This document shows positions 31,756 through 32,000 of a DNA stretch of 32,000 bases, piece after piece. Position 1 is the stretch's first letter; each line of letters begins with the position of its first letter. Below the pieces are notes generated by a model. That model did no database searches. It was given only the letters and a program-made list of their open reading frames with translations, and was not told the DNA's origin. This DNA comes from Candidatus Saccharimonadota bacterium (lineage in GTDB: Bacteria; Patescibacteriota; Saccharimonadia; Saccharimonadales; Saccharimonadaceae), in assembly GCA_016700015.1 (NCBI GenBank), contig CP064995.1, positions 780,001 through 812,000 of the forward strand. Direction: 5' to 3'. Made by a program: the position numbers and the translations under genes.

Positions 31756-32000
31756 CTATACGACTGTCAGCCAGATCAATACCAGGTTGAGCAGCACTAC
31801 CAGCGCGGTAATCGCACCGAGTATCATCGACACAAGGCGTGAGTTTGCCTGGTCGCCCATGACACTGCGCCTCGCCGAAACGATCGTCAGCGGCACCAAT
31901 GCGAATGGCACCCCAAAACTCAGCGCAACCTGCGAAATAATCAGCAAGAACAGTGGGTCAAAACTAACTACGAGCAAAAATAACGCCGGTATCATGGTGA
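31756..32000 (-). CDS. mntH: Nramp-family divalent metal transporter, C-terminal fragment (5' end off the window)
   Basis: ..LIISQVALSFGVPFALVPLTIVSARRSVMGDQANSRLVSMILGAITALVVLLNLVLIW.. matches the last two helices of MntH. The frame stays open to nt 32000. Confidence 0.75.
   Translation of the reverse strand, partial: TMIPALFLLVVSFDPLFLLIISQVALSFGVPFALVPLTIVSARRSVMGDQANSRLVSMILGAITALVVLLNLVLIWLTVV

Noticed and set aside
1-32000. Alternative genetic code (UGA recoded, as in some CPR lineages)
   Set aside because: TGA terminates several well-defined genes, including the LamG gene at 5557, the PNPOx-like gene at 12386, HIT at 13172 and orn at 23301. Conserved housekeeping proteins are full length under the standard code.
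1-32000. tRNA, rRNA, CRISPR arrays, IS elements, integrases and prophage genes
   Set aside because: Intergenic regions are all under 200 nt and are explained by promoters or terminators. No cloverleaf-capable segment, no spaced direct-repeat array and no transposase or integrase motif was seen in any frame.

Overview
Gene-dense bacterial chromosomal window: about 36 protein genes, roughly 48-50 % G+C by eye, and about three quarters of genes on the minus strand. ATGA/GTGA start-stop overlaps are frequent. TGA acts as a stop codon, so the standard bacterial code applies. I found no rRNA, tRNA, CRISPR array, transposase or integrase. Positions 9.4-32 kb carry a compact housekeeping set: polA, rpoD, dnaG, argS, pyrG, dut, orn, mscL, a udk-like kinase, HIT, Nudix, HAD, PNPOx-like, YjbR-like, thioredoxin-like + CcdA, and the 3' end of an Nramp/MntH gene. 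These are interleaved with membrane-anchored or orphan ORFs. Positions 1-9.35 kb form one minus-strand locus made only of secreted or anchored proteins: a small beta-rich secreted protein, two signal-peptide/C-terminal-anchor proteins, a LamG lectin-fold protein, and two giant adhesin-like paralogues. This repertoire would fit a reduced-genome Patescibacteria/CPR (Saccharibacteria-like) organism, but that is inference only; no search was possible. Items most worth a second look: (1) the surface-protein locus, which resembles WxL/Csc clusters; (2) the 138-aa head module of the two adhesins, identical in protein despite about 29 synonymous DNA differences; (3) a homopolymer frameshift that splits one adhesin from its jelly-roll C-terminal domain; (4) a recurring TATA(A/C/G)T box 6-8 nt upstream of about 15 start codons, implying leaderless mRNAs and changing several start calls; (5) a roughly 65-70 % G+C single-gene island with its own promoter and terminator; (6) a DnaG whose four zinc ligands are all substituted; (7) an unlisted 48-codon ORF behind a perfect consensus promoter. 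All functional calls come from motif recognition by eye, without database searches.
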